The position numbers and the translations under genes were made by a program. This document shows, piece after piece, positions 41,436-54,690 of a DNA stretch of 64,000 nt. The notes below the pieces were generated by a model that saw only the letters and a list, made by a program, of their open reading frames with translations, did not search any database and was not told the origin of the DNA. Location of the stretch: the NCBI RefSeq assembly GCF_009914755.1, contig NC_060938.1; one strand, 5' to 3'. The stretch comes from the human T2T-CHM13v2.0 reference genome, Homo sapiens. The stretch's first letter is position 1; the number at the start of each line of letters is the position of its first letter.

Positions 41436-42074
41436 ATTAATTAATAAACTCTTCAGGCTTTGCCCTTATAGAATCTTGTCTTGAGGCTTGGGTCAGAGGT
41501 GTGGAGTGCAAAGGTCCCGGGCTTATTTGGGGGATACTGCAGATCTTATCCTGAGTGAGGCAGCTTCTGTAAGATGTTATAAAGTAGGTATTGGTGTTCT
41601 GTTTGCTTGGTTTGTCTCAAGGGCTTCTGGGTGAGGAATATGTCATTGGGTGGAATTTATTACATTGCCCTAGCAACTGCTTCCTGAGTTTCTATTTTCT
41701 GAAAACTTGCTAATTTCTCTTATGTTTCTCTTTGTCTTACCCTCCCTTCCTCTTTTTCTTCCTCTACCTTCCACCCCTCATTTAATAGGCATCTCTGTGT
41801 TGGTCTCTCACCTACCACCCAGGCTACGGATGGGAACTGAAACAGATGCCTACTTATTTGGTTTTCAAAGTATTGCTCCTGCAAGCCCCTCATTCGTACT
41901 CTTTCCAGCCCAGTGGCACTGGGCATGATGAGCTCTACCCACAACTCCAGAGAATCTGCATCCTGACTCCTTAGAAGCCCCCACTTGGAAGTGCTTTGGG
42001 CCTTGTGGTCCAAACAAAGAACAGCTCTCACTGATACTAGCAGGCTCGCTTGAGACAACTTCTGGTTTCCAACA

Positions 42075-42312
42075 TGCACCTGCATCCCTTGGCTTCGGGC
42101 TTGAGGCTTAGCTTATTAGCTCTGTGTCTTCAGCAAATTACCCTACCTCTCTGAGCTTCAGTCTGTCACTTTATCTAAAATGGGGCAATATAGCCTACCT
42201 TATGGGGTTGCTCTGAGGACCGGGTGAGAACCTGTATGTTTAGCACTTGGTATAGACCTGGCATGCAGGAACCATTCACTGAATTGTAGCTTCTATTAGT
42301 GTTGCCATTATT
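42075..42312 (+). mobile_element. MIR
   Basis: acctctctgagcttcag...taaaatggggcaatatagcctacc...cctggcatgcagg. Confidence 0.7.
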
Positions 42313-42370
42313 GTGTTGTTGTCACTGATACAATCGACTCCATAGCTTATCTGTCCAATTAAACAGCCCC

Positions 42371-42433
42371 TGTGTGTGTGTGTGTGTATGTGTGTATGTA
42401 TGTATGTGTGTGTGTAGGTAGGTAGGTAGGTGT
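42371..42433. repeat. (TG)n/(TATG)n/(TAGG)n compound microsatellite
   Basis: Read directly from the sequence. Confidence 0.9.
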
Positions 42434-43149
42434 GGGGAAATTTACAAGTTGTCATTGTAAATTCATCAAGAAATAAATAGGAGATTTATAGCTTGAGGTG
42501 ATTAATTCTGCAGCTTTTCCCAGCATCATCTCAGTTCCAGAACAAATACATCCCTATAAGGGATATAATCTTTAGGTATTTGGAATATAAAACAGCCTCT
42601 TGGGTTCCCTGTTGTGTTATGAGAAAACAATAACAGTTTAAAATGCAACCCACAGGCAGGCCTCTGGATGGAGTCAGCTCTCCTGCTATTGGCCCGTGAT
42701 GGCCTTCAATGAAAAGTTGGTGAAACATATATTCTTATCCTCCCCCACGGTGTCACAAGAAGGGAAAACAGAATCTAAGTGCAGGGGCCAACCTTGACAG
42801 TGGCAGCAGTAAAAGGCTTTCAAGTTAGATGGAAATATTTTCTTTCTTCTCTCACCTGGCGAACTTCCATTTAGCATGCAAGATCTGGATCCGATGACCG
42901 ACCCTCCCAGGCAGAAGAAATCACCCTCTCCTTTGTCCTCTGTGGCCCTGGGTTCATGTCTCTCTCACTCTGTGTCTTACCTTATATTGCAATCCTGTTT
43001 CTAGGTCTCCATCAAGCTCTGCAAGGCAGGCAGATCCTTGTGGGCAGGGCTGAGGTTTGGGGTAACTTTGTGTCCCCAGGGCCCTACACATGGCCTGGCA
43101 CTGCAGTATGGGATTGGGGACAACATTGATCGACTTCCTACCACATTCC

Positions 43150-43610
43150 TGTGAACTTGGCATATGTTACATTACTGAATTCTCACCACAGTCCTATGAG
43201 GGAGTTCGTACACAGGAGCAAACTGAGGCTCAGAAATTGTGTGCAAACTGCAATGCTTTACTAATACATTTGCAGAGATAGGATTTGAAGTTGGATCTGA
43301 TGTCAAAACCTTTGCCTGCTTGCTTCCTTTCTTTCAATCTCTTTCTTTCTCTATTTCTTTTTCTTTCAGTGGAGTGAGTGGTTAAGGGCATGGCCTCTGG
43401 GGCCGACTGCTTGGATTCCCGTCTCAGCCTCATCATTCACATGCTGTGTGACTTTGGACATGTTACTTAGCTTCTCTCTGTCTCAGCTTCTCCATCTATC
43501 AAGTTGGATAACAATAGGACTTCCCTATAGGCTTGTGGTGTGGATGAAATAATATAAAATAAAGACCTTAGAACAGTGTTTGGTAGTATGCAAATCTTTG
43601 CTATTACTAA
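43150..43610. mobile_element. Two divergent MIRs (~43150-43320 minus; ~43370-43610 plus)
   Basis: aaactgaggctcagaaa...ggatttgaa; then gtggttaagggcatggcctctgg...gctgtgtgactttggacatg. Confidence 0.7.
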
Positions 43611-43980
43611 TATAATTCCCCCACCCAAGTCATATCATACATGCTTTCCGTAGCTGCCCGTGTTCTTTCTGTGCCACGCTACCTCTGGTGTTGAATGAAT
43701 GACTTAGGATGATGGCTGAGTGTGTCCAGCAGACAGCTGGGTTCTCCTCCCAGTGGGTCTACCAGGTGGCTTTGGATACACACTCATCTGATATTTCACC
43801 CTGTGCCTTTTGTCTCTCCTGGCTTCAGAGGGTTCTTGAGAATCATTTGAAAGCTCTGGGAGGTCCTGGCCGAGTATGAGAACTTGGCTTAGCACATAGC
43901 CTCCAGTGTGGCTTTCTAAAACATACCCCTGAGTTTAACATTCCCCCAAACTGACACCTCCTTCTTAACAGTGTAACAAG

Positions 43981-44262
43981 AGGCAGCATGCACAGAGGTT
44001 CGAAATGAGGCCACTGGAACCAGATTGCCTGGGTTCAAATCTTGTCTCTTCCACTTGGTGGCTGTGTCATCTGAAACAAGTTATTTAATCTCTATGAACC
44101 TCTGTTTTCTCATCTGTAAAATAGAGGTAATGATAATAAGGTACCGTATAGGATGTCATTGTGAGTATCAAATGAAATACCCATAAAATGCTTAGGAGAG
44201 CAATTGGAATATTGTAAGAGCTCTGTAGGTGTTGATTGTCATTGTTGTTATTATTGTCATTA
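43981..44262 (+). mobile_element. MIR (near full length)
   Basis: aggcagcatg...gcctgggttcaaatc...ctcatctgtaaaatagagg. Confidence 0.82.
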
Positions 44263-44635
44263 CTGGGGAAGATCCTGGTAGATTTACTGCATGGACAAGC
44301 AGAGAAAAATCTGTGTCTAGAAGTCAGGGTTCTCTATAAATGAGAGAGAGACAGGGTGGGGTGACTGGAATGAAACATCTTCAATTCCTTCTCCCACACT
44401 CACTGATCACATAAGTCATGACTCTGGAAGGAAGGAACAGGGAGTAGGGGCAGAGAGAAAGGGGCGGAGAGCATTCTTTTACTCTGTGGAAATTTGATGC
44501 CTTGGAGCCAGGGTTCTCCCAACATCTACCATGGACCTCGTGCTGTGCTTGATCACAAAGGGAATACAGCAGTAATAGTTCTCTGTTCTCATGGGGCTTG
44601 CATGAAGTGCAAAGTTACTCTTGCTTTAAGTCATT

Positions 44636-44638
<3 letters not shown>

Positions 44639-44704
<66 letters not shown>
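44639..44704. repeat. (TA)n(CA)n(TA)n microsatellite at the L1 tail position
   Basis: Read directly from the sequence. Confidence 0.95.
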
Positions 44705-44705
<1 letters not shown>

Positions 44706-44822
44706 TATACTTTAAGTTCTAGGGTACATGTGCGCAACGTGCAGGTTTGTTACATATGTATACATGTGCCATGTTGGTGTGCTGCACCCATTAACTCGTC
44801 ATTTACATTAGGTATATATCCT
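44705..44822 (-). mobile_element. L1PA (PA4/5-like) extreme 3' end, about 118 bp
   Basis: ttatactttaagttctagggtacatgtg...cccattaactcgtcatttacattagg. Confidence 0.92.
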
Positions 44823-45149
44823 CTGACTTTGGAAGAATGTAATTAAACCTAATGAATGACCTGACCCAGGCAGGAGACCTGAGCTATGGAAAGCCTGGTT
44901 TGTTGTCACTTGCCTGGCTTGGGTATCTTATGGTTCTCTTCATTATTCATTCTGCAGATCTGCCTCTGAGGATGAGGAGGTCCAAGGACCTCAGAGGGGC
45001 CTAGGACAGACACTGACTTCACGGCTTCAAGTACGAGCAGGGGCGGCACTGCAGGTGGAACTGGCCCCCTCTTCTCAGCCGGTGTATGAATCACCAGGGA
45101 GGGAAGGAGGGACTAGGACTTATTATATCCAGGCCAATTATGAATGGTA

Positions 45150-45292
45150 TTTCTACTGTACAGATGAGGAAAGTGAGGCTCGGTGGGGGGTTAAACAGCT
45201 GAGCTCCAGGGATCTTACCCAAGGTCACTCAGCTATGACACTAGAGTTAGGATTAAACCTGGGTCTGCCTGATGCCAGAGCCACGCCCTTCC
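45150..45292 (-). mobile_element. MIR
   Basis: tacagatgaggaaagtgaggctc...cccaaggtcactcagct...aacctgggtctgcctgatgcc. Confidence 0.7.
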
Positions 45293-45766
45293 TACTGTGT
45301 CACCTTTGCTTTTCTAGAAAGAGACACTTCCCCAGCGGTCCCTGTACTATATGCAGGAATGGCAATTATTACACGTAACAGCGTTGCTCATAGTAATCAA
45401 TTAAGCAACGAATTTTTTTGTTCTCATTGGCCTGAATGGAAGCATATGTGGGCAAAGTCAAGTCACTTTCACCTTAAGAAATGTAATAATAGTGACTCTA
45501 AAATATGTTGTGTGTATTTGTGTGAGGAAGCTCTCACTTTCCCATTCTCCATCTGGCGTGCATGCATTCACTGTGGCTGGTCCAGTAACAGAGGTGGTTT
45601 TGCAGGAACAATGACAAAGGGACCTACTGAGTTCCAGGTTACTGCTTGTGTTGGCAGAAAAGATGTGCAGCTAGTGTGAGAATTCACTTGCCATCTGATT
45701 TAATGTACTAGCTACAGTGGAAGGATGGCCCTCACTCACATAGAATGATGTACAGTTGCAAGCACC

Positions 45767-45822
45767 CTAGAGTGGCCCATTGGCAGCTATGAGGCTGGAG
45801 TGGCCCATTGGCAGCTATGAGG
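45767..45822. repeat. 28-bp tandem duplication
   Basis: ct(a/g)gagtggcccattggcagctatgagg twice, 27/28 identical. Confidence 0.95.
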
Positions 45823-46034
45823 CCTGTAAATTCCAGGCCATTTACAATGATTTGGAACATAATTACAAAGTATCAGCCCTGTTCAAGCCACTCTGCTTGG
45901 GCTGTGTTGTGGGTAGCATGGTCTAGATTCTCTAGTATCCCAGGAATTTTTGGCAGGAAGGAAAGAGTGAGCCAAGACTGGCTGGGGAGAGTAGTGCTAC
46001 CAGCACTTAAATTGTCAAACATCCAGGGCTTAGA

Positions 46035-46207
46035 ATATTGGCTCTCAAACTTGTGTGTCCAAAAACATTCTCTAGGAAACTTGTTAAAAACGCAGATGTC
46101 TAGGCTCCACATTGAGAAGGTCCAGGGTGGACCTGGAAATCTGCATGTATGAAGTATCTCTGGTGATTCTGATGTGGATGCCTCATGGACCACTTTGAGA
46201 ACAGTGG
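46035..46207. mobile_element. MER5A-like MITE
   Basis: ggctctcaaactt...cttgttaaaaacgcagatg...ggtgattctgatg...cactttgaga. Confidence 0.7.
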
Positions 46208-46247
46208 CTCAAGGTCTGAGGATGGCTGGCATCAAAATCCTAGAAGA

Positions 46248-46586
<339 letters not shown>

Positions 46587-47999
46587 TCATAGGACAGCAG
46601 AGTGGCCAGGGGCCTCAGGCCTCCAGGCTGGGGTACAGGACTGGGCTTCAGTCCCAATTGGTGAACGGAGCAGCAAGGAGGAGCAGGGCAGAAGGTGACA
46701 CAAAGCAGCTGGTCACATGGTGGAGTTAGACAAGAAGGTTTCAACCCACAGCTCATGAGGGTTTGCAGGGGTCAAATTCATCTCTGGTACCTTGAACATG
46801 GAACATGGAATCCGTAGACACCGATGGAGAAGCTGTCACCGTGTAGCTCATGGCAAACGGCCAAGAGACTAGGGTTTGGGATAGTGGTGTGGAAGATCCC
46901 TGGAGGAAGGGGGTGCTATAGTTGACTTAAAATTTGTTGGTGGCTTTCCATCACACTTAGAATGTAGCTTGCAGTAACCTGGCCCCTGCCAACCTCCCCA
47001 GTCTCCTTTGGGTCTTTGTCCCTCTCAGTGTTCCAGCCAAACTTTGAAAACATGTTTTTTTTATAGACACCAAGGTTGTTCCCCTCAAGGTCCTTCCCCA
47101 GTCTGTTCCCTTTGCCTGGAGACCCTCTTCCTCCCTTTTCACCTACTCATTATTAAAGGGCTGATGACATGCATGTCTATCCCTCTTCCCACATGCTCAT
47201 TCCCAGCCCCTTCAAAAGCAACTAAAGGAGGCACAAGTCTCCTCCGTAAGGTGAGTTCTCTGCCGCTTGCCAGGGCCTGTCCTAGGGGACTCCTGTAGCT
47301 TTCACTTCTGTGCCTGGACATAGAATTTAGAGTATCAGGGGAGAGTGCATAGGATCCACTTAAAACTGTTGCAGTCTTGGGAAGGGTGGTGAGGCAGAGG
47401 CCAACTGCACTCTCCCTGCTGAGGAACCAGAGATGTCTCAAGGATTGGTCAAATTTGGGGGACATTTGGCTCCAGTTGCACTGTGCCTGTAAGTCCAGAA
47501 ATGGTGTGTGGTTAGGAGTCAGGAGCAGAGAATGAGGAAGGGTTGGAGATTAACAGAGGCTAACTCTAACATCCTGTATCCCTAGTACCTGCCAGCACAT
47601 ACCTTTACTTCCTTACATACACACACGTACAAAGTGCTCCTTGATTTGTGTGTGTGTGTGAGTATATACAACATACAAAGGAGTAAGAGAGGCCAGGAAA
47701 CATGCCAGGAGCTTTGGGAATGTCCCAGTAGTTCTGAGTGAATCAATAAGCAGGTTGTCCTCCTGGTCACTGTTAACTAGCTGGCTGTAGGTTATTTATT
47801 CGATGGTGTCACCATCCACTGGCTTAACCAGATCCGTGATGGAACAGGCAGTACATCTTCACAAGTCCTCTTATGCTTGCAAAAGGGACAGGTAAACAAT
47901 GTTTCTGAGTGTGTATCATCTCTTTGGAGACTGGCTCCTGCTTTGTCTTTCTGTACTCTAATTTCTCAGGAGGTCAGACCCACCTCTGCCTCCCTCACC

Positions 48000-48865
48000 A
48001 CCTCTGGAGCCTTTCATGACTCCCTGTCTTGAGTGGTAAAGGCCAACTCACTTTTCAGCTCTCAGTTCTGATGTCGCTGCTCCAGAGATGGCCTCCTGAC
48101 CTCCCATTCCAAAGGAGGTGGCTTAATAATTCTCCCTCCATTTTTCTCCTGACTAACCCTTCTTGCATTTATGGGTAGGCCATTATTGCATTTATGGATA
48201 TTACTTTATATTATTTGTATATTTCTTTATCTCTCTCTGTCACTAGACTGTAAATATCACATCTGCCTTGTTCATCCACTGCTTCCCCAGCGCTTTGGGA
48301 GAGGCAATGTGCTTCTCAGTCATTCTTTGCTGAATGAAAAAATGGATGAATGAATACAGAGTTGGTTCTTAGAGAATCAATAGGGCTTTGATGGAAGACA
48401 GTCAGGAAGTCATTAAAGACAAGTGAAGTAACATGAGTAAAATTTCAGAAACGGGAAGTGATGTGTGACGTCTTTGGGATACGTTGGGTGAATCTGTTGG
48501 TTAGAGCACAGGGCTTGTTGGGGGTGGAGTGGAAAGGCAGACTGGGCCCAACACACAGGGTTTTAATTCTGAGCTAAGGAGATGTGACTTCATACATTAG
48601 GCCATAGAAAGCCACTGGAGGTTTCTGAGCAGGGGAGTGATAAAGACAGTGGGGAGATGGCTCGAATGGTGGTATCCTGGGTGGATCCAGAGGGAAAATC
48701 CAGAGGTGGGAAGGGCAGGAGGAGGCTGTTGCAGCAGCCCAGGCAGAAAGTGATCGAGTCTTGAACCAGAGCAGTGACAGTGGGAGGGGAGGGGAGAAAC
48801 AGATGCGAGAGACATTGGGAAGGAAGAAATGGCAGACTCCAGAGGCTGATTGGATGTGGGGGCGA
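48000..48865. mobile_element. Two L2 fragments (~48000-48357 plus; ~48380-48865 minus)
   Basis: cactagactgtaaa...tgaatgaat; then agccactggaggtttctgagcagggg...ggaggctgttgcagcagcccagg. Confidence 0.7.
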
Positions 48866-49880
48866 GGGATTTTCTCAGCCTTTCAAGGGAAAAATGCCAC
48901 CTCCATCCTCCTGCTAACTTCAGCTCAATGGCAGGAGTGTATCAGTGACAAAGAGCTGGCGTGATCAGTGCCTGGAAGCATCTGTAGAAAGTCATGAAGT
49001 CACATGCCTGTAGGCAGCTGAATGTGAATGGGAAAAAAATTTGTGTCACTAAATGGTCCTCTTGCAAAATGTGAAAGGAAATGAGCATTTATTTTAAAAA
49101 AATCTGCTGGGAGCACCATGCCCCATCTCTTCCAGTGGCTGAATTGCTCCGGAGGAGTTGCTCCCACCCACCTGGCTGTGGTATGGGCTGCATGTCCTTG
49201 AAAAAAGGATTAAAATAATGGCCAGAAGCAGCCCCAGGAAGGTTTCCTTCAAGCTTTTTTGCTCATTAGATCAGCCTGAACTTCAGCCATGTCTGAGGCG
49301 GGACATGCTGTTCTGCTAAAATATACAGACGGCTTTCAGAGAGATTTAAAAATGGAATTTATTAAAGCAACAGTTGGACAATTCCATAACAGTGGCCCCA
49401 CTAACTGTAAATTTCTGCAGTCACTTGATCATTCTGCACCTCCATCTCCTCACTTGTCAAGATAAGGGCCTGGACAAGATAGAAACTCCATTGTTTCTCC
49501 CTGGGCTAACATTCTATGCTTCCGTGTGCCTGATGGAACCTATTGAGGGTGGCTTCAATCAGAATGAGGTTGAAAGGAGGGAGATCTTACAGATTTTTTA
49601 TTTAGCTGCCAAGTATTTGGAGTCAAAGCTTTTGGGGGAACAGCTTTTTCCTCACTGAGCTCCAGTATTAAATACTATCCTCTGCCTGCCCCTCATTACT
49701 TTTCCATTAAACAGAGCTACTTGCTGATAGATCACCTGGTTTTTAGGCTGAGGATATTTTATATTCATCTTCAACTGGGTGGTATATAGGGTTAATATAA
49801 TTTTGACATAATTTATATTCATTGGAGTCATTTGCTGTTCATTAGACAAGCAATAGAGCATCATGGTTAAGAAGCTAAGG

Positions 49881-50180
49881 CAGGGGAGATGCAGAGATAT
49901 TGGTTAAAGGGTACAAAGTTTCAGTTATAAAAAACAAATTCTGGAGATTCAATGTACAATATGGTGATGATAGTTAACAAAACTTTGCTGTATTCTTGAA
50001 ATTTGCAAGTGTTTTCATCGTTCATATATAAAATACAATGGGAGGTGATAGATGTTAATTAGCTTGAGCATGGTGATTATTTCACATTATATATCAAACA
50101 TCAAGTTGTGTACCTTAAATATATGTAATTTTTATTTGTCAGTTACACCTCAATAAAGCTAAAAAGCAATAAAACAAAAC
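49881..50180 (+). mobile_element. L1MA (MA8-10-like) 3' end inserted in a MIR
   Basis: ggttaaagggtacaaagtttcagtta...cctcaataaagct followed by an A tail; TSD agaagc(t/c)aagg. Confidence 0.88.
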
Positions 50181-50272
50181 AGAAGCCAAGGAAGTAGGTA
50201 AGCTATGAAGTGTGAAGCTGGGGTTTGAACTCAGGAAGTCTAACCAGGAGGACCCTGTTCTACATGCTATTT

Positions 50273-50576
50273 TTTTTTTTTTTTTTTTTTTTGAGACAGC
50301 GTCTCGCTCTGTCGCTGAGGCTGGAGTGCTGTGGCGCGATCTCCGCTCACTGCAACATCTGTGCCTCCCGGGTTCACACCATTCTCCTGCCTCAGCCTCC
50401 CGAGTAGCTGGGACTACAGGCAACCGCCACCATGCCCGGCTAGTTTTTTGTATTTTTAGTAGAGATGGGGTTTCCACCGTGTTAGCCAGGATGGTCTCAA
50501 TCTCCTGACCTTGTGATCCACCTGCCTCAGCCTCCCAAAGTGCTGGGATTACAGGTGTGAGCCACTGCGCCCAGCC
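50273..50576 (-). mobile_element. AluY
   Basis: Y diagnostics; TSD tctacatgctattt (50259-50272 / 50577-50590). Confidence 0.95.
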
Positions 50577-50604
50577 TCTACATGCTATTTGATGCAGGTA
50601 CCTT

Positions 50605-51323
50605 TTTATTAGTGTGCTCAGGCTGCCCTAACAAAATACCATAGATTGGGTGGCTTAAACAACATAAGTCATTTTCTTACAGTTCTGGAGGCTAGAAGTC
50701 CAAGACCAAGGTGTCATCAAGTTTGGTTTCTCCTGAGGCCTCGCTTGTTGGCTTGCAGGCCATCTTCTCTCTGTGTCCTTTCCTGGCCTTTCCTCTGTAT
50801 GAACATAGAGGGAGAGAGAGCTGTTTTCTCTTCCTCTTCTTTCTTCTTCTTCTTCGTCTTCGTCGTCTTCTCCTTTTTTTTTTTTTTGTAACAGAGTTTT
50901 TGCTCTGTCACCCAGGCTGGAGTGGAATGGCACGATCTTGGCTCTCTGCATCCTCTGCTTCCTGGGTTCAAGTGATTCTCCTGCCTCAGCCTCCTGAGTA
51001 GCTGGGATTACAGGCGCCTGCACCACACCGGGCTGATTTTGTATTTTTAGTAGAGATGGGGTTTCACCATGGTGGCCAGGCTGGTTTTGAACTCTTGACC
51101 TAGGTGATCCGCTTTGGCCTCCCAAAGATTGCAGGCGTGAGCCACCATGCCGTCCTCTCTTGCTCTTTTTATAAGGACACCAATCCCGTTGTATTAGGAC
51201 CCTACTCATATGATCTCGTTTAATCTTAACCACCTCCTTAAAGGTCCTGTCTTTAAATATAGTAACATTGGGAGCAGAGCTTCAAAATATGGATTTTGGG
51301 GAATCACAGCTCAGTCCCTAACA
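50605..51323 (-). mobile_element. MLT1A-like MaLR LTR split by an Alu
   Basis: ggctgccctaacaaaataccatagattggg...cagtccctaaca; 5-bp TSD acctt. Confidence 0.88.
50839..51155 (-). mobile_element. AluS with (TTC)n(GTC)n tail
   Basis: Full dimer; TSD tctctt(c/g)ctctt. Confidence 0.92.
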
Positions 51324-51529
51324 ACCTTTCTCATGGATTCATTGAGAAGATGAAATGAGATTGCATGTGAAAAGGATGTTATGAGGACAGTATCTGGCAT
51401 ACAGTTACTGCTCAGAGCTGCTGCTCTTGTTATTATCATTACTACCTTTTGATGTGGACACAGGGAAGGGACTAAAACTCTTCCAAGGTGCTAAGAACCC
51501 CCAAGGAGGGTGGGTTTCCTCTTCTTTCC

Positions 51530-52237
51530 ATCCTTACCACCTAAGCCACCAATATCTCTTGCCCGGAGTCCTGTAACAGACTCCTGTTCTTCCTGGCTCC
51601 TGACGTCTTCTGTGTCCACCTTAGCCACACAAGCATGAGTTTTAAACATGTAAGTCAGGTGATGTCACTCATTTACCTAAAATCCTCTGGCTCTCCATTA
51701 AACTTTGATGACTGGGCTAACTCCCAGCTATGGCTTCCGACCCCTCCTCGAAGCAGCCCCTGCCCTCCTGTCCCACTTCTTTTCCAATCAGGGTTCCCCT
51801 TGCTCACTATGCTCAAGTGACACTGGACTTCTTTTAATTTCTTGAAAACACCAAGCAAATTCTAACCTTTAGGGCCTTTGCCTTCATGTGTTTTTAAGTT
51901 CTAAATACTCTTTCTTCAAATATCTGCTGGGTTTGCTATCTTATCTCATCCAAGTCTGAGCTCAAAATATACTTACCTGCCACTCTCTCTAAAGCTTCTC
52001 CCTCTTCCATGGTTGCTGTCTACCTTATTGCCCTGTTTTATTTTCTTTATGGCACTTAGTACCGTCTAAAAGACCCATCTTATTTGTTTATTTGCTTATT
52101 ATCTTTCTTTCTTAATAGACTATACACTCTCAGAATGAAAGGATCATTTCTTTTTGGTTTATTGCTGTAACTTCAGTGCCTGGCATGGAGTATAAGCTCA
52201 AAGCACATTATTTGAATGCAAGAATAAATGAATGAGC
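51530..52237 (+). mobile_element. L2 3' region
   Basis: agggcctttgcc...agtgcctggcatggagta...gaataaatgaatga. Confidence 0.75.
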
Positions 52238-52999
52238 TTGAATCTGGAGATTCAAAGTAGATGGGGACTTCTTGGGATAAACATCCACAAATTGAGGACA
52301 AAGATCATGATGGCAAAGTAGGAGAAGGGGTATTTTTCCCCCCTCATATAAGCCTTATTCAGAATGCCTATTTTAGGACCAGGTACAAGCATTTAAATTT
52401 TGGTCCTCATGGTGGAATGTGATATTAATAAAATTTTTTTAAGTTGTGGAATTTGGATTACTTTGGTCTTTGTTTAATTTATCCCAGGTCCCCAAAGGGT
52501 ATGGCTGCTGAAAAAAGTATCCAGGCATGAGTCACAGAACCTAAGTCTTATCTTATGAGTCTTGGCTGTGGCTGTCTTGATTCTTCTTTTGATCCGGTGG
52601 CTTTCCCCTGCATGCTTAGTCATGCCCATGCCCAGGGGTCATGCTTTCCAGACTAGAGAGTATACTATGCACTCTTTCTAGGGTGATATTCTAAGTATTT
52701 AATAACCGGTATAACAATGACGCTGACCATTCAGCTATAAACAACCAGTACAGCTGAACTAATGTGTATTGGTTGAAAGTCACCTCTGACTACCCCATCA
52801 ATCCCCTCCATAGTAAATATTTTCATAGAGAGTTTTGTCTGTTGCCAAAGAGGAAGTGGCTGTTTCTACGTGCCCATCAACACTCCCCTCCCCACCTACA
52901 CCAGCCCAGCCTTTTCCTGTGAAATGCTTCACTTTCTCCATTGTAGCCAGAGTCCCTTTTTCTTTCTTGGGATCTAGTATCAGCAGCCTGCCAAGTACA

Positions 53000-53115
53000 C
53001 TCATTCATTCAATGAGTATTATTGAACACCTTTTATGTTTCAGATGCTGTGTTGTTTGCTGGAGATAGAGCAATGAACAGGCACAAGTCGCCTCCCTTGT
53101 GGAGCTTACATTAAG
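53000..53115 (-). mobile_element. L2 3' end
   Basis: cattcattcaatgagtattattgaacacc...tggagatagagcaatgaac...ggagcttacatt. Confidence 0.75.
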
Positions 53116-53152
53116 GACATTCCAGTATTTCTGCATAGTTCTTTATAAAGTA

Positions 53153-53472
53153 CAATCAGTCCTCCATATCTGTGGGTTCCGCATCTGTGTATTCAATCAA
53201 AAATATCCAGTTGAAAAAAGTTACACAAAGTTCCAAAAAGCAAAACTTAAACTTGCTGTGTGCCTAGTACTATGTTGAATCAAACAAATGAAATGATGTG
53301 TAGGTATCATATTAGGTATTATAAGTACTCTAGAGATGATTTAAAGTGTACAAGAGGATGTGTGTAGGTTATATCCAAATACTAAGTAATTATATAAGGG
53401 AGCACCTGAGGATTCTGGTGTCCATGGGGGTGGTCCTGGAACCAATCCTTCACTGTTACTGAGGGATGATTG
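53153..53472. mobile_element. Tigger3a/MER7-like TcMar MITE
   Basis: cctccatatctgtgggttccgcatc...ggtcctggaaccaatcc...tactgagggatgattg; TA on the left flank. Confidence 0.85.
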
Positions 53473-54149
53473 TGTAATATTGAGTTACTAAGTTACTGAA
53501 GTGTTGGGGATGGAAGTGAAGAAGGAGAAACCATACTAGAGATGCAAGAGGAGGGGTTTACTGCACAGTTCTCATGAACTTCAACCTTTTGCCCCAAGAG
53601 GTGGCACCCTTCCCCTTGTACTTCTCAGTTTGCCTGGGTCTTACCCACAAATGGATTACCCACCTGAAACCACACCAAATCATCTGTCTGCATGTATTGC
53701 TACTGCCTGGAGGCTCCTACCCCATAGTGCTGGGCACTGTGGGTCATACTGGACATTTGCAGGCCTTTTTAAACAATGATCTAAAATTTTCATTTATCAA
53801 GCCTTTTTACCTTCTCTTATTTTCTCTTGACAGAACATGGGGTTTTGATACAACTCTCAGTGGAGCTGCTCCATGCTTTGGCAGATTGAGAGTCCCACAG
53901 GCGTCCTGTCTGTACTCCTCCCACATAAGACATCCTATTACACCAGGAGAAAGTGTGGGCCTGCTGTTTTAGGTGGAGACGTGAGCCAGCTACTTCTAGT
54001 GGAATTCTATCACCCCACTTTCCCTCAGGCCTGCTCTGCTAGTTCTTTTCTGCTAACTCATTTGCTTTTGGTAATTTTGTCTCCTGAATCACGACTGAAT
54101 CTGATATGCAGTCTCATTTGGCGGTTAATATTCTCCATTCCAACAGACA

Positions 54150-54690
54150 GGAAGTATTTCAGTTAAGAAGTTTTTGGTCTCAAATAATGGAAAACTCAAT
54201 CCAAATTGGCTAAAGCTGAAAAGGGGAATCTATTTGCTTTGGAACTGAATGGTTTGGGCAAGGCTTTAATTAGGACTCAAATGAAGTGACCAGAACTTGG
54301 CTTCTTTCCCCATTTTTTGGCTCTCACAATCCTTGAGATTGGCCCCATTATCAAGTAGGCTTTCCCTTTGTATGAGAAGATGATTGTGACATCTTCCCGG
54401 GCAGTTCTGTCATTAATATCCAAGAGAAAGAGAAACTTTGCCTCTCTGAGCTTTCAACCCAAGACTCAGTCTTCTTAGCCCTAATTGGCTTGATTTTGAT
54501 CGTGTACCCTTTCCTCAACCAATCACTGTAGCCATGGGCTACATAGAATGGCTTAGACCAATCAGGACTCAACTCCCGTTGCTGGAGGTTGAGTCAACCA
54601 TGCCAAATTGCTTGGCTCTAAAATTCTCAACAATGTTGGGAAAGGCGAAGTGGGAATAGATGCTGGGGCAGCAACAGATGTTTTCTACAG
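54150..54690 (-). mobile_element. Old MLT1 (J/K-like) LTR
   Basis: aaataatggaaaactcaatccaaattggctaaag...aaccaatcactgtagcc...ggggcagcaacagatgttttctaca. Confidence 0.6.

Noticed and set aside
45767-45822. Direct repeats considered as CRISPR-like arrays (also 503-612 and 60708-60733)
   Set aside because: Only two adjacent copies with no spacers and no cas genes, in a primate context
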